DNA of 64,000 nucleotides from an uncultured Lentisphaerota bacterium (GTDB lineage Bacteria; Verrucomicrobiota; Kiritimatiellia; RFP12; UBA1067): NCBI GenBank assembly GCA_946413265.1, contig CAMKJU010000011.1, positions 340 to 64,339 of the forward strand, read 5' to 3'. Shown piece by piece: positions 17,558 to 27,299 of this stretch (position 1 is its first letter; each line of letters starts with the position of its first letter). The notes under the pieces were generated by a model. It saw only the letters and a program-made list of their open reading frames with translations, ran no database searches and was not told where the DNA came from. The position numbers and the translations under genes were made by a program.

Positions 17558-17592
17558 ATGAACCGTCCAAGAAACCAACCGAGGCATCCATA

Positions 17593-18900
17593 ATGGCGAC
17601 ATTCCAGTTTATCGCAAAAAACAGCGCGGGCCAGGAGCAGCGCGGAACGATTGAGGCGGGTGACCGCGCGGGCGCGATCACGGCCATCCGCGCGCAAGGC
17701 CTGATGCCTACCGCTTTGGGCGAGGTGAAGGGCGGCGGCACACCGGCGCCCGCGAAGCCCGCGAAGAAGCCCGCGAAGGCACCTGCCGCCTCCGGGAAGA
17801 AGAAGGGCTTCGGGCAGATCGAGATCAAGCTGCCGGCGTTCATGCGCGGCCGCGTGAAGCCGAAGGACCTCACGACCTTCACGCGCCAGCTTGCCACGCT
17901 GGTGAACGCGGGCCTGCCGCTCATGCGCTGCATCGAGGTGATGAAGAAGCAGAAGATGGCGCCTGCGATGAAGGACTGCCTCGACGGCATCTCGGAGGGC
18001 ATTGCCGGCGGTGCAACGTTCTCGGAGTCGCTCACGGCCTACCCGAAGATCTTCGACAACCTCTACATCAACATGGTGAAGGCCGGCGAGGCGGGCGGCG
18101 TATTGGAAGTGGTGCTGAACCGTCTGGCGGAGTTCGCCGAGAAGGCGCAGAAGATCAAGAACAAGGTGAAGGGCGCGATGATCTACCCGGCGGTGGTCCT
18201 CACGGCCGCCATCGGCATCACGGCGTTCCTCCTTCTCACGGTGATCCCGAAGTTCAAGCAGGTGTTCGACGACCTCCTCGGCGGTGCAGAGCTGCCGCCG
18301 ATCACGCAGTTCGTCATGGGCCTCGCCGACTTCGTGGAGAACAACGGCCTCATGGTAGGCGCGGGGATCGTGGCGCTGGTGGTCGCCAAGAAACTGATAG
18401 CGAAGACGGAGAAGGGCGCGTACGTGTTCGACAAGATCAGGCTCAAATTGCCGGTCATCGGCTCGCTCGTGAGCCGTACGGCGATCGGCCAGTTCTCCCG
18501 CACGCTCGGCACGCTGCTTTCGTCCGGCGTGCCCATCCTCCAGGCGCTGACGATCGTGCGCGACACCACGGCGAATCGCGTTGTGCGCCGCGCGGTGCAG
18601 ACGGTGCACGACGCCGTGAAGGAGGGCGAGTCGATGACGGACCCGCTCGCGTCGTCCGGCGTGTTCCCGCCGATGGTCGTCTCTATGGTGCAGGTGGGCG
18701 AGGAGACGGGCGCGCTGCCGGACATGCTTACGCGCATCGCGAACACCTACGACGACGAGGTGGACAACGCGGTGGCGGGCCTCACGTCGGCGATCGAGCC
18801 TGCGCTGATCATCTTCCTCGCGGTGGTCGTGGGCACGATCGTCATCGCAATGTTCCTCCCGATGATCAAGATCATCTCCACAGTGTCCGCCGCCGGCTAA
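17593..18900 (+). CDS. gspF: type II secretion / type IV pilus platform protein (GspF/PilC family)
   Basis: 435 aa with duplicated T2SF domains (FTRQLATLVNAGLPLMRCIEV; FSRTLGTLLSSGVPILQALTIV) and TM segments (EPALIIFLAVVVGTIVIAMFLPM). A Lys/Pro/Ala-rich insert lies near the N-terminus. Confidence 0.9.
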   Translation: MATFQFIAKNSAGQEQRGTIEAGDRAGAITAIRAQGLMPTALGEVKGGGTPAPAKPAKKPAKAPAASGKKKGFGQIEIKLPAFMRGRVKPKDLTTFTRQLATLVNAGLPLMRCIEVMKKQKMAPAMKDCLDGISEGIAGGATFSESLTAYPKIFDNLYINMVKAGEAGGVLEVVLNRLAEFAEKAQKIKNKVKGAMIYPAVVLTAAIGITAFLLLTVIPKFKQVFDDLLGGAELPPITQFVMGLADFVENNGLMVGAGIVALVVAKKLIAKTEKGAYVFDKIRLKLPVIGSLVSRTAIGQFSRTLGTLLSSGVPILQALTIVRDTTANRVVRRAVQTVHDAVKEGESMTDPLASSGVFPPMVVSMVQVGEETGALPDMLTRIANTYDDEVDNAVAGLTSAIEPALIIFLAVVVGTIVIAMFLPMIKIISTVSAAG

Positions 18901-18911
18901 AAGAGGTGCGC

Positions 18912-20024
18912 ATGAAGAAGAGAGGTTTTACGCTGATAGAGCTCCTGATCGTGACGGTGGTGATCGTCACGCTCATGGGGCTCGTGTTCCGCCTGGCGGG
19001 GTCGGGCAGCGATTCCTGGGCGCGCGCGGAAACGATCTCGCGCCTGCAGAAGCTCTCCAATGCGCTGAGCGGCTACTACGCGGCGTTTGGCAGTTATCCG
19101 CCCGTGCCGCTCCAGGGACGCAGCCGCGACATCTACACGCAAGTGGACTCCCACGAATCGATGGGGTACGGTATCCAGTATTCGCCCGAGCATCGCAACG
19201 AATCGCTCAACAAGAACCAGATCGAGGCGGCCTGCCGCGCACAGCCGGTCGCCGCCATCTGCCCCTACCGTCCGGGCGGGGCCGAGGACATCACCATACA
19301 GACGTTGTGCCAGGTGTTGCATCTCCCGAAAATATACAAAGCCATCGACCACTATGGCCCGTTCACAAATAAGGATTCCCCGAACTGGTCCGAAAACCAG
19401 GTGTTCATGTTCGGGCTCATGTCTTTCCTGCTTCCCCGCTACCAGTTCATGCTTGACGGGGAGGATAACATCTACACGGACCATCCAGATGGCCCATGGG
19501 AGTCGAACAACCGCCTCCCGATTCTTATGAACGGGGAGCGCAAGAACGACTGGGGTGAGCTGCGGGGAGAACTTGGGGTGAAAAGCACGCAGAGCGAAAC
19601 AAGCTCCGTTTCCGACCCAAGATACAGAGTAATGCTCGAGAACCTGCCGTCGCAGGCCGTCTGTGCCCGATGGATGCCAAACTTTGCGGGCATCGTAATC
19701 ACTACCCCTGTCGCCAGCCACACGACGTTCTTCGGCGTGGACACGAACGACCCCCACGAATACAACCAGGGGGCCTCTAAGTGGTGCATCATCGGTCCAG
19801 GCGACGCCGGCGGCGAGCCCATCTACGCCCAGATGAAGAAAACGGTGGCTGACGGATGGGGCGAGGAGTTCTACTACTACTCGCCGCCGCCCTACCAGAG
19901 CTATCAGCTCTGGTCGTCAGGTCCGAACAAACGCACTTACCCGCCGTGGATGGAGAAGGTGTCGGGCAAGGAGAAGACCATCAACCAATGGATCGCCGAC
20001 GATATCAAGGTGGGCGACAAGTAA
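18912..20024 (+). CDS. prepilin-type N-terminal cleavage/methylation domain protein (large GspG-like pseudopilin)
   Basis: MKKRGFTLIELLIVTVVIVTLMGL leader. The C-terminal DGWGEEFYYYSPPPYQSYQLWSSGPNKR resembles the GspG tail (DPWGxxYxY...L.S.G.DG). The RBS aagagg precedes the ATG at 18912; the ORF track starts at the GTG at 18906. Confidence 0.75.
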   Translation: MKKRGFTLIELLIVTVVIVTLMGLVFRLAGSGSDSWARAETISRLQKLSNALSGYYAAFGSYPPVPLQGRSRDIYTQVDSHESMGYGIQYSPEHRNESLNKNQIEAACRAQPVAAICPYRPGGAEDITIQTLCQVLHLPKIYKAIDHYGPFTNKDSPNWSENQVFMFGLMSFLLPRYQFMLDGEDNIYTDHPDGPWESNNRLPILMNGERKNDWGELRGELGVKSTQSETSSVSDPRYRVMLENLPSQAVCARWMPNFAGIVITTPVASHTTFFGVDTNDPHEYNQGASKWCIIGPGDAGGEPIYAQMKKTVADGWGEEFYYYSPPPYQSYQLWSSGPNKRTYPPWMEKVSGKEKTINQWIADDIKVGDK

Positions 20025-20040
20025 GGGAAGGACTCGGAAC

Positions 20041-20703
20041 ATGAAAAAGAGACAATCAGGCTTTACGCTTATTGAGATGCTGGTCGTCATCGGCATCATC
20101 GGCATTCTCGCCGCCGCGCTGTTCGGCGGCTACCGCTACGCGGTGAGGTCGGCGCGCAAGGCGAAGGCGGTGGAGGCCGTGGCGAACGCCAAGGACGCGC
20201 TTGAGATGCTTTACCAAAAGGCAGAGGGCTGGCCGCCCGCCCTGTTCAGATCGGCCAAGGGAGAACAGGGATTCCGCCTAATGGACGAGAACGTAGCGAA
20301 GGTGTTCTCCAAATACGGCCTCCTCGGCGTTGACATCAAGGGCGGCGTCCTGCGCGGCGTGGACAGGTGCGGAATCGCGGATCCGTGGGCGCAGGCGGTG
20401 CTCAAGCGCGACACCTCATCCAGCGGGGCTTCGCTCCTAACGCGCCCGGTGCCGTCCGGCGGCACAATCCAGGACCACCTGATCTACTTTGCCGTGGATG
20501 AGGACGATGACGGGTTCGTCACTAGCGACGAGGGCGCACCGGTAAAAAAGATACGCGCCAAGGCCATTGCCTGGTGCGCCGGGGAGGACGGCGGCCTTGG
20601 CGACTGCAGCTCCGTCGCCGCGAAGAATGCACCCGCCAACGGGCGCACCATCACGAACGCTGACAATGTTTACAGCTGGCAGCGTGGGCAGGAGGAACGA
20701 TGA
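20041..20703 (+). CDS. prepilin-type pseudopilin
   Basis: MKKRQSGFTLIEMLVVIGIIGILAAALF (G|FTLIE with Glu+5); 220 aa. Confidence 0.8.
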   Translation: MKKRQSGFTLIEMLVVIGIIGILAAALFGGYRYAVRSARKAKAVEAVANAKDALEMLYQKAEGWPPALFRSAKGEQGFRLMDENVAKVFSKYGLLGVDIKGGVLRGVDRCGIADPWAQAVLKRDTSSSGASLLTRPVPSGGTIQDHLIYFAVDEDDDGFVTSDEGAPVKKIRAKAIAWCAGEDGGLGDCSSVAAKNAPANGRTITNADNVYSWQRGQEER

Positions 20704-21236
20704 AGAGAAAGGGATTTACAATCATAGAGCTGCTGATGGTGGTCGCGATTCTCGCGACGCTGCTCGGCATCATCACCACGGCGGTGTTTGCGTCCATCCG
20801 CCAGGCGCGCGACCGGCGTACGCAGGCGATGAGGCAGACCATTCAGAACGGGATTGCCGCGTACCGCCAGCTGAAGGACAGGTGGCCCGGGGATCTGGAG
20901 GACCTGGCCAAGGATCCGCCGCCGTCCCGTGGCACCGTTATCACCCTTAACACTGCGGAATACGACAGTGTCGTACAGGATCTGCTTAAGGTTTCCGTGG
21001 GCAAAAACGTGAAAAACCGCGTGATGGACCCTGTCGGTCTGCTGATTATGGGAAAATCCGGAACTGACGGCAAGTCGAGCGGCGTGGAATTCCGCGCTGC
21101 CGCGCAGAAGAACGGCCCATACGCGAAGCGCATGTCCACAAGCGAGATGACCCTTGTGCATCAGGGCGGGAACGGCAAGGCTTACCGCTACAAGATCGTC
21201 TACAACACCGAGGCCGACTCGGTAACGGTACAGTAA
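20700..21236 (+). CDS. prepilin-type pseudopilin
   Basis: MKRKGFTIIELLMVVAILATLLGIITTAVFASIRQAR; 178 aa. The start overlaps the previous stop (ATGA). Confidence 0.8.
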   Translation: MKRKGFTIIELLMVVAILATLLGIITTAVFASIRQARDRRTQAMRQTIQNGIAAYRQLKDRWPGDLEDLAKDPPPSRGTVITLNTAEYDSVVQDLLKVSVGKNVKNRVMDPVGLLIMGKSGTDGKSSGVEFRAAAQKNGPYAKRMSTSEMTLVHQGGNGKAYRYKIVYNTEADSVTVQ

Positions 21237-21266
21237 CGCAATGACAACGCAATCTGGAGTCCAGTA

Positions 21267-22130
21267 ATGATATTGACGCACACGCAACAGGGACGCCGCG
21301 CAGCGTTCACGCTCGTGGAGCTGCTGGTCGTCATTGGCCTCATGGCGGTGCTGGCCACGATCTCCGTGGCCGGATACAGCGCGGCAACACGCGGGATGGC
21401 CGACCGCGGCACGATCCAGACTACGGTGTCCATCCTGCGCGTCGCCCAGCAGACGTGCCAGATGGACCGTGTGCCTACGAAGGTGATGTTCTTCAACCAG
21501 AGGCTGTTCGACGACAACGATCCCGATACGCCCCCGCTCTTTCAGGGTACGGCGATCGCCATCAAGCAGGCGGGGCGCATTACGCTTCCCGTCATGAACA
21601 AACTGCTGATAGACGAATTCGCCGACTGGAACCAGTCTTATCCCAAGTCGGGTTCGGCATCGGCACCGAATATGCGGATATTTCAGATGAAGAGCGGCGG
21701 CGGGGGTGGCCTCAACGGCTGCAGCACTCTGGTGAGGCCATACGTATCGTCGTATGAACTGAGCGACGACTTCATGATCCAGGCGGACGCGACGTTTAAA
21801 GAGTGGTGCAGTAAACACGGACATGAGGATAATGACAAGGTCTGGGGCTTTATGATGGAAGGCGGGAAACAGGAGTGGAGCGTAGGAGACGCCTACGGCG
21901 TCGAAATCGCCCGCATTGACTTGCCAAGGGGCTACATCTTCGGCAGCTCGACGCCGAATGGGGAAGGATACAAAGACGCATCCGACGCCGAGGTACACTT
22001 CGAACCATCCGGAGCTTCGGCAGCCGGGGGCGTTTCTGTTTCAATTTCAGGGGTGCGTCCCGCCAAAAACGGGAAATTCCGTGTGGACCCCGTCGGTAAG
22101 GTCACGGGGAGCATGTTGGACGATAAGTAA
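21267..22130 (+). CDS. prepilin-type pseudopilin
   Basis: ...QQGRRAAFTLVELLVVIGLMAVLATISVAGYS; 287 aa. Confidence 0.7.
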   Translation: MILTHTQQGRRAAFTLVELLVVIGLMAVLATISVAGYSAATRGMADRGTIQTTVSILRVAQQTCQMDRVPTKVMFFNQRLFDDNDPDTPPLFQGTAIAIKQAGRITLPVMNKLLIDEFADWNQSYPKSGSASAPNMRIFQMKSGGGGGLNGCSTLVRPYVSSYELSDDFMIQADATFKEWCSKHGHEDNDKVWGFMMEGGKQEWSVGDAYGVEIARIDLPRGYIFGSSTPNGEGYKDASDAEVHFEPSGASAAGGVSVSISGVRPAKNGKFRVDPVGKVTGSMLDDK

Positions 22131-22145
22131 CATCGAGGCGACGCA

Positions 22146-22796
22146 ATGAGAAGAATCATCGGACATTTTCGCAGGGCGCGCGCGGCCTTCACGCTGATGG
22201 AGGTCAATCTCGCCGTCTTCATCATGGCAGTTGGCGTGCTCGCCATGGTATCGCTATACCCGCTCGGTTTCCGCGAAAGCCAACAGTCGCGCGACGACGT
22301 ACACGCAGCCATTACCGCGAACGAGGTACTTGGACAGCTCACGGCGGCGCTCTCCTCGCGCAACATCAAGTGGGAGACGTGGAAGAAATGTATTGACGCG
22401 GCCGTTGACGAGTCCAATAAAGGCGGTGCCGGTGCCGGCTGGTTTTCCTATTTTGAAAAAAAAGGAGGAAATTCTTACCAGGTTAGGAGACGGGGCAGCG
22501 TGAATGACCACGCGAAGTCGGTTTTTGGCAAGCTTGTTGACGCCGTGGAGGGCGCAACGGCGAAACCCTCGTGGGAGCCGGACAGCAAATACGCATACGG
22601 AATCGTGGCACAGTGGGGCAAGCGCATCGTCGCGACCAGCGGGCAGAACAAGAGGTGTGAGGCGATGAACGACTACTCGCGCGTCTCGATCAGCTTCCGC
22701 ATGTCGCGCCGCCCGGGCGCACTCATGGCCGCGCCGATCTACTACACGGAAGTCCATTTCCAGGGCGATTATGGCGATCAAGGGAGCACGAAATGA
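22146..22796 (+). CDS. prepilin-like minor pseudopilin (divergent leader)
   Basis: ...RRARAAFTLMEVNLAVFIMAVGVLAMVSLYPLGF; 216 aa. Confidence 0.6.
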   Translation: MRRIIGHFRRARAAFTLMEVNLAVFIMAVGVLAMVSLYPLGFRESQQSRDDVHAAITANEVLGQLTAALSSRNIKWETWKKCIDAAVDESNKGGAGAGWFSYFEKKGGNSYQVRRRGSVNDHAKSVFGKLVDAVEGATAKPSWEPDSKYAYGIVAQWGKRIVATSGQNKRCEAMNDYSRVSISFRMSRRPGALMAAPIYYTEVHFQGDYGDQGSTK

Positions 22797-23308
22797 CTAC
22801 ACGGCGAATTTCAGAATCTGGTTTCACCCTCTTGGAGGTGTTGGTGGCATCCATGCTGATGGCCATGCTCATCACGATCCTTACGATGGTGTTCAACTCT
22901 TCCTCCATTGCATGGAGTACGGGCAAGGCCGGCGTGGCGGAGATGGACGACGTGCGCAATAAGACGGCCGCTGCAGGCCTGGTGGCGGACAACGCTCTTC
23001 CTGGTGTTGAAGTGGACAACAGAGATACATGGGGTTATCTGGTTGGGCCTTGGGACGCGAAAGGAGATCTCCGCGACCGTGCCGTTGAGAAGAACCCCGG
23101 TGAAGGGGTGTCGCTGCCAATGCCGACCTTCAGCTCAGGCCAGGGATCATGGATGTATGAGAAAGACAAGCTATGGGTCGATTTTTCGCCGGGGAATATA
23201 AGCATCTCGGGCAAGGCGAAGACCTTCGTAGTAGGCGTGTGGTCCTACGGGCCGGACGGCGCGGAGAACTCCGGCGACGACATCAGCACTTGGCCGGACA
23301 TGGACTAG
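22793..23308 (+). CDS. prepilin-type minor pseudopilin
   Basis: ...ISESGFTLLEVLVASMLMAMLITILTMVF. The tail VGVWSYGPDGAENSGDDISTW is GspG/H-like. 171 aa; ATGA overlap with the previous gene. Confidence 0.7.
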   Translation: MTTRRISESGFTLLEVLVASMLMAMLITILTMVFNSSSIAWSTGKAGVAEMDDVRNKTAAAGLVADNALPGVEVDNRDTWGYLVGPWDAKGDLRDRAVEKNPGEGVSLPMPTFSSGQGSWMYEKDKLWVDFSPGNISISGKAKTFVVGVWSYGPDGAENSGDDISTWPDMD

Positions 23309-23319
23309 AGGAGGCGGCG

Positions 23320-23811
23320 ATGGAAAATAAGAAGAGAAAACGCGGCTTCACTCTTGTCGAGCTGATCACTGTAATCGCGATGCTCCTCCTCCTGATGGGG
23401 GCGGTCACGTCATCCGTATCCGGCGCCCGCCGCCGAGCCAAGATGCAGCAGGCCATTTCCGAGGCGCAGGAACTGACCAACGCAATTCTGGCATACGAGA
23501 ACTTCGCCAATCCCGGCGAGGAGTCTCCGTTGGAGAGCAAGGCCACGGGACAGGGATGGAAGGAGGCAGGGGAGAGCGACCTGTCGTTCGTCCTTGGAAA
23601 GGAGGCCATGCCGAACGGCCGGGAGGGCAACGTGCCCGTGTTGTTCAACGGTGCCGTACGCGGCGGAAAAATTCGCGATCCATGGGGGAATCCATACCGG
23701 TTCCGGATCATGTCGGCGTCCGTGGATCAAGACGACCAAGCGGGAAATGTGTCTGAATCAGCCTTCGCAATCCCGAACATCAACCGCATTCCAGCGAACG
23801 AGGTGAATTGA
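23320..23811 (+). CDS. gspG: GspG-like major pseudopilin
   Basis: MENKKRKRGFTLVELITVIAMLLLLMGAV...ARRRAKMQQAISEAQELTNAILAYE...IRDPWGNPYRFRI (GspG DPWGNPY motif); 163 aa. Confidence 0.8.
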   Translation: MENKKRKRGFTLVELITVIAMLLLLMGAVTSSVSGARRRAKMQQAISEAQELTNAILAYENFANPGEESPLESKATGQGWKEAGESDLSFVLGKEAMPNGREGNVPVLFNGAVRGGKIRDPWGNPYRFRIMSASVDQDDQAGNVSESAFAIPNINRIPANEVN

Positions 23812-26800
23812 TGAACAGACATTCCCAAAAGGGCAGCGCCCTCCTGATCGTCCTCGGCTTCCTCTCGTTCATGGTGGTGAGCGCCGTTGCGTTCGCCATC
23901 TGGATGCGCACCGAGCGCCTGCCTTCAAGCGCCCTCCGCCGAACGGTCATGAATCGCTACCTCGTGAAGGCCGCGCTAGCGCAGGCGATGAGCCGCGTGG
24001 ACGACGCGATCCGCTCGCACGCCTACCCAGGTGCCTGGAACACAAACGCCCAGGACACCGTATACCGCGACCAGAACGGCTGCGCCTACGACTGGTGGGA
24101 GTCGCGCGTGTTCATGCCGCCGGACCAGGAAGGGAAAACAAAGGCCAACGATCCGTATTCCCGCTACGCGCCTAGCTCTAAGACCGTTTCCGTCCTGAAC
24201 CTCGAGGCCCTCGGTTACCTGCCTCCGTCCATCGTAAATGACGTGCGCCTGCTCTCCCGCTCTTCGTGGGCGGCCAAGTGGGACTATTTCAACTTCGATG
24301 CAGGGCGTTACGCCTTCTGCGCGGTGAACGTCTCCGACATGCTCGACATCAACAAAATCGCGGTCGCTGCGCCCCGCACGTCGGCATCCGCCTCGCGCGC
24401 CCTGAAATCTGGAGAGGCCCCGCCGGCATCGCGGTTTTCGCTTGCCTATCTTTTGCGTTCCGGCGAATCGAATTTTTCATCGGAGCCGACTGGCTTGGAC
24501 TCGTTCGAAGAGCGTATCCACAAAAGTCTGCCAGGATGGAAATCGGCCCCGCTTGTTTCGTTGATGGACTACAATCTCGTTTTGGGGCGTGAGAGATTTG
24601 GGATGCTGTGGTCGCCGTTTTACTATCTTGTCAGCGGAAATAACAAAAGTGGGAATTTTTACAATGGCAACGGGGAGACAATGTATGCCAAGGGGGCGAG
24701 GCGACAGCCTTTCATAACGGACACCTGGTTCCCCGCGAGCGACAGCGAGAAAGGCCTGAGGGTGTACGACATTGCGCTGCATCAGCCGTTTGACAACACC
24801 GAGAGGGCTTCCTTGAAAGACGTTGAGAGGAAGATGAAAGTCGACAACCAGTTTTGGGTGAAGATGTACCGCGAAGGGTATGTCTTCAGCAGGTTGGATC
24901 CCATGATGCTGTCTGACTACCTCGACGTTGACAACGTGCCCCTTTCGCTCGCCATGCCGTGCGTGGAGCGCGTGCCCATGATCACGGCGCTTGGCCCTGC
25001 CGAGAACGGCCTTACGGTGGAGTTTGCGGCAGACGACAAACCGAGCAAGACGGAGACAGTCAATAATGAAAAATTGGAATACTATGATGTCAAGATCAAG
25101 GTGACGCCGCCGCGGCTTTCCTCCGGGCTGATATTTCCGTTCAAGAACGGGAGCGGAGATGATTCGCGGAAATTTACGGTAGAGGCTGTAATGCGTCTTG
25201 TGTTCGTGGACGAGGGAAAGGATTCCAAACCGGAGACTCCGTTGATTAACAGATTGCGCATTTCCAAGGATTTTACGGATAATTTCCGTCCCAAGGACGA
25301 GTCGGAATGGAAGGCGAACGACGACAAGAATTTTGTGTCTCCGTCCGACGGCGATCAACCCTGCCTGTTTCTCAACTTGTTTGGCTCTCTCGAAGTGAAA
25401 GCAGATGTGACGGACGTGCAGAACGTGCATGAAATGGTGGACGGCGACAACATGCACAGGCTTGGAACGCCGGAGCGGCGTGAGGCGACGATTCTGCAAA
25501 AAGTCAAAGTCACTAAGCAGCAGGATAATGGTGGCGGGAATATGGTAGATGTAGGAACGCCGTCATGGCGCTACCAGATTGTCCTGAGACCGTTCGACAC
25601 GAAAGGGGCGGTTGTGAATATTAAAACAGAACCGATGGAAGAGGCGGAATTCAATACACTCTGCGCCGACCATAATATCCGCCCCTATCTCCTAACGTGG
25701 ACGCGCGTGAAGGACGGCGAAGGCAAGACTGTGGACATGGTGCCGGCAACATATCAAGACGATGCCTTGAACGGCATTTCCAACGAAGACGCACCTCCTG
25801 CGGTATCTGAGGTTCTCGGTAATGACAACGACGACAATCTGCCAATTCTGCACTTCCCCAGCAAGATGATATTAAAGTATACCGACGCTAGTGCTTCGAC
25901 CCCGCCTGCAGATAACGAGTGGCTGTACAAGTCGTGCTACGCCGTTGACCCGCGTTACAATTGGGCTCCAGAGAATTGGTGGTTCTCGGAAGATGATAGT
26001 CCAACGGTCAAAAAGTGGTATGAAGCCGTTTTCAAGGACGGCGGTATCCTTGATACGCTGGTAAAAAATGAGTTTGGTGTCATCACTGACAATCCGCGTG
26101 GCGACCGTGCGCGCGACCCGTTCCTGTTCGTCTCGAACAACGGTTATCTCCAGTCCATCGGTGAACTTGCTTTTCTGCCGCATGTCTCTGAGATCGATAA
26201 CACAACGGAATCTGGGTTTGCACTGCATACTGCGTATAACGGCGATTTGCGCATGGTTAAGGGTGATAATTATGATGATTTAAAAACAATGCCGTGCGCG
26301 CGCGCAGCTTGGAGATCTTATCAGACCTACCGCACGAATCCGAATGCCTTCGAGTTCGGGGCGAATTTGTATCGTCGCGGACTAGTCAACCCTCCTCAGG
26401 GATTCTACGTGAACCCGTTCACGCAGGAGCGCGAAGTGATGCTTGCGGCAGTTGCGCAAACGCCGCTCAACTACTGGGTGACTGGCACGAACAATACGGG
26501 TGCGGTACAGGGCAAGGACAAGAAGGAAAAGTTGAAGATTGCAGATACATTCGATGGCAACTCGCAGTATCATGCCGACATCGTTGCCGAATACATGATG
26601 CACCGTTTTGACGATCTGTCGCGCATGATAAAGTTCACAAGCAATCCCAGTGGCACTCATCAGTCGTACATGATTCAGAAAGTATGGGAGGACCTGTTCG
26701 ATGCGTTGGACTGGGCTGGCCGCCTTAAGGAGGGTACAACGGTTAAGGATGTCTACGAAGAACTGAACGACTATCTGCAGGGCGGAGGAGGCGTTTCGAA

Positions 26801-27275
26801 TTACAAGGACATGTACACAAAAGAGAATGGGTACGGAGCTCTCAACAGCGTTGTGACAGGAAGTAATCGCCCTGTCATTGAGCTTGATGTGAATCGGGCG
26901 GTTCACGCGGATGAATATGCGGATCCTCTCTACTATTTCCGCGGACGGCAGCAGCCAGACAATAAAAACCCCAGGGCCAATTCCTACGTATGCGATGTTG
27001 ACCGCATGTTCCTCCACAGTTACTGGCGCGACTGTTTCGCGAACAAGCAGCAGCTTTTCCTCATCTTCGTGCGCGCGGAGGCCACGGCACTCGGCGGCGC
27101 GGGCGAGGGCACGCCGGCCCAGCAGGGCGGCCGCGCCGTGGCGCTCGTATGGCGCGATCCCGGGGCACCGTCGGGCAGCGACGTGTGGGAGTCTGAAAGC
27201 AGCGGTTTTACTGAAAATGACGTGAAGCGTCATCCGCACAAGATGCGCGTTCTATTCTACCGTCAGCTTGATTAA
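23808..27275 (+). CDS. giant GspK-like minor pseudopilin / pilus-tip protein candidate (1155 aa)
   Basis: The N-terminus MMNRHSQKGSALLIVLGFLSFMVVSAVAFAIWMR matches the GspK-type leader (KG|SALLIVL, no Glu+5). The start overlaps the gspG-like stop. It is the last gene of the pseudopilin string. The remainder has no motif I recognise. Confidence 0.5.
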   Translation: MMNRHSQKGSALLIVLGFLSFMVVSAVAFAIWMRTERLPSSALRRTVMNRYLVKAALAQAMSRVDDAIRSHAYPGAWNTNAQDTVYRDQNGCAYDWWESRVFMPPDQEGKTKANDPYSRYAPSSKTVSVLNLEALGYLPPSIVNDVRLLSRSSWAAKWDYFNFDAGRYAFCAVNVSDMLDINKIAVAAPRTSASASRALKSGEAPPASRFSLAYLLRSGESNFSSEPTGLDSFEERIHKSLPGWKSAPLVSLMDYNLVLGRERFGMLWSPFYYLVSGNNKSGNFYNGNGETMYAKGARRQPFITDTWFPASDSEKGLRVYDIALHQPFDNTERASLKDVERKMKVDNQFWVKMYREGYVFSRLDPMMLSDYLDVDNVPLSLAMPCVERVPMITALGPAENGLTVEFAADDKPSKTETVNNEKLEYYDVKIKVTPPRLSSGLIFPFKNGSGDDSRKFTVEAVMRLVFVDEGKDSKPETPLINRLRISKDFTDNFRPKDESEWKANDDKNFVSPSDGDQPCLFLNLFGSLEVKADVTDVQNVHEMVDGDNMHRLGTPERREATILQKVKVTKQQDNGGGNMVDVGTPSWRYQIVLRPFDTKGAVVNIKTEPMEEAEFNTLCADHNIRPYLLTWTRVKDGEGKTVDMVPATYQDDALNGISNEDAPPAVSEVLGNDNDDNLPILHFPSKMILKYTDASASTPPADNEWLYKSCYAVDPRYNWAPENWWFSEDDSPTVKKWYEAVFKDGGILDTLVKNEFGVITDNPRGDRARDPFLFVSNNGYLQSIGELAFLPHVSEIDNTTESGFALHTAYNGDLRMVKGDNYDDLKTMPCARAAWRSYQTYRTNPNAFEFGANLYRRGLVNPPQGFYVNPFTQEREVMLAAVAQTPLNYWVTGTNNTGAVQGKDKKEKLKIADTFDGNSQYHADIVAEYMMHRFDDLSRMIKFTSNPSGTHQSYMIQKVWEDLFDALDWAGRLKEGTTVKDVYEELNDYLQGGGGVSNYKDMYTKENGYGALNSVVTGSNRPVIELDVNRAVHADEYADPLYYFRGRQQPDNKNPRANSYVCDVDRMFLHSYWRDCFANKQQLFLIFVRAEATALGGAGEGTPAQQGGRAVALVWRDPGAPSGSDVWESESSGFTENDVKRHPHKMRVLFYRQLD

Positions 27276-27299
27276 CAGCATTTTCTGTTGAATTTACCG

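Noticed and set aside
7617..17585. Shared 9-mer AAACCAACC upstream of both sctF (about 7617) and the gspF-like gene (about 17575) as a common regulatory site
   Set aside because: A single 9-mer recurring once in 128 kb of two-strand sequence is expected by chance. There is no extended similarity around it.
16966..18609. 547-aa ORF on the - strand
   Set aside because: It spans the ECF sigma and gspF genes in antisense and crosses an intergenic region. Its composition is Arg/His/Leu/Glu-rich.
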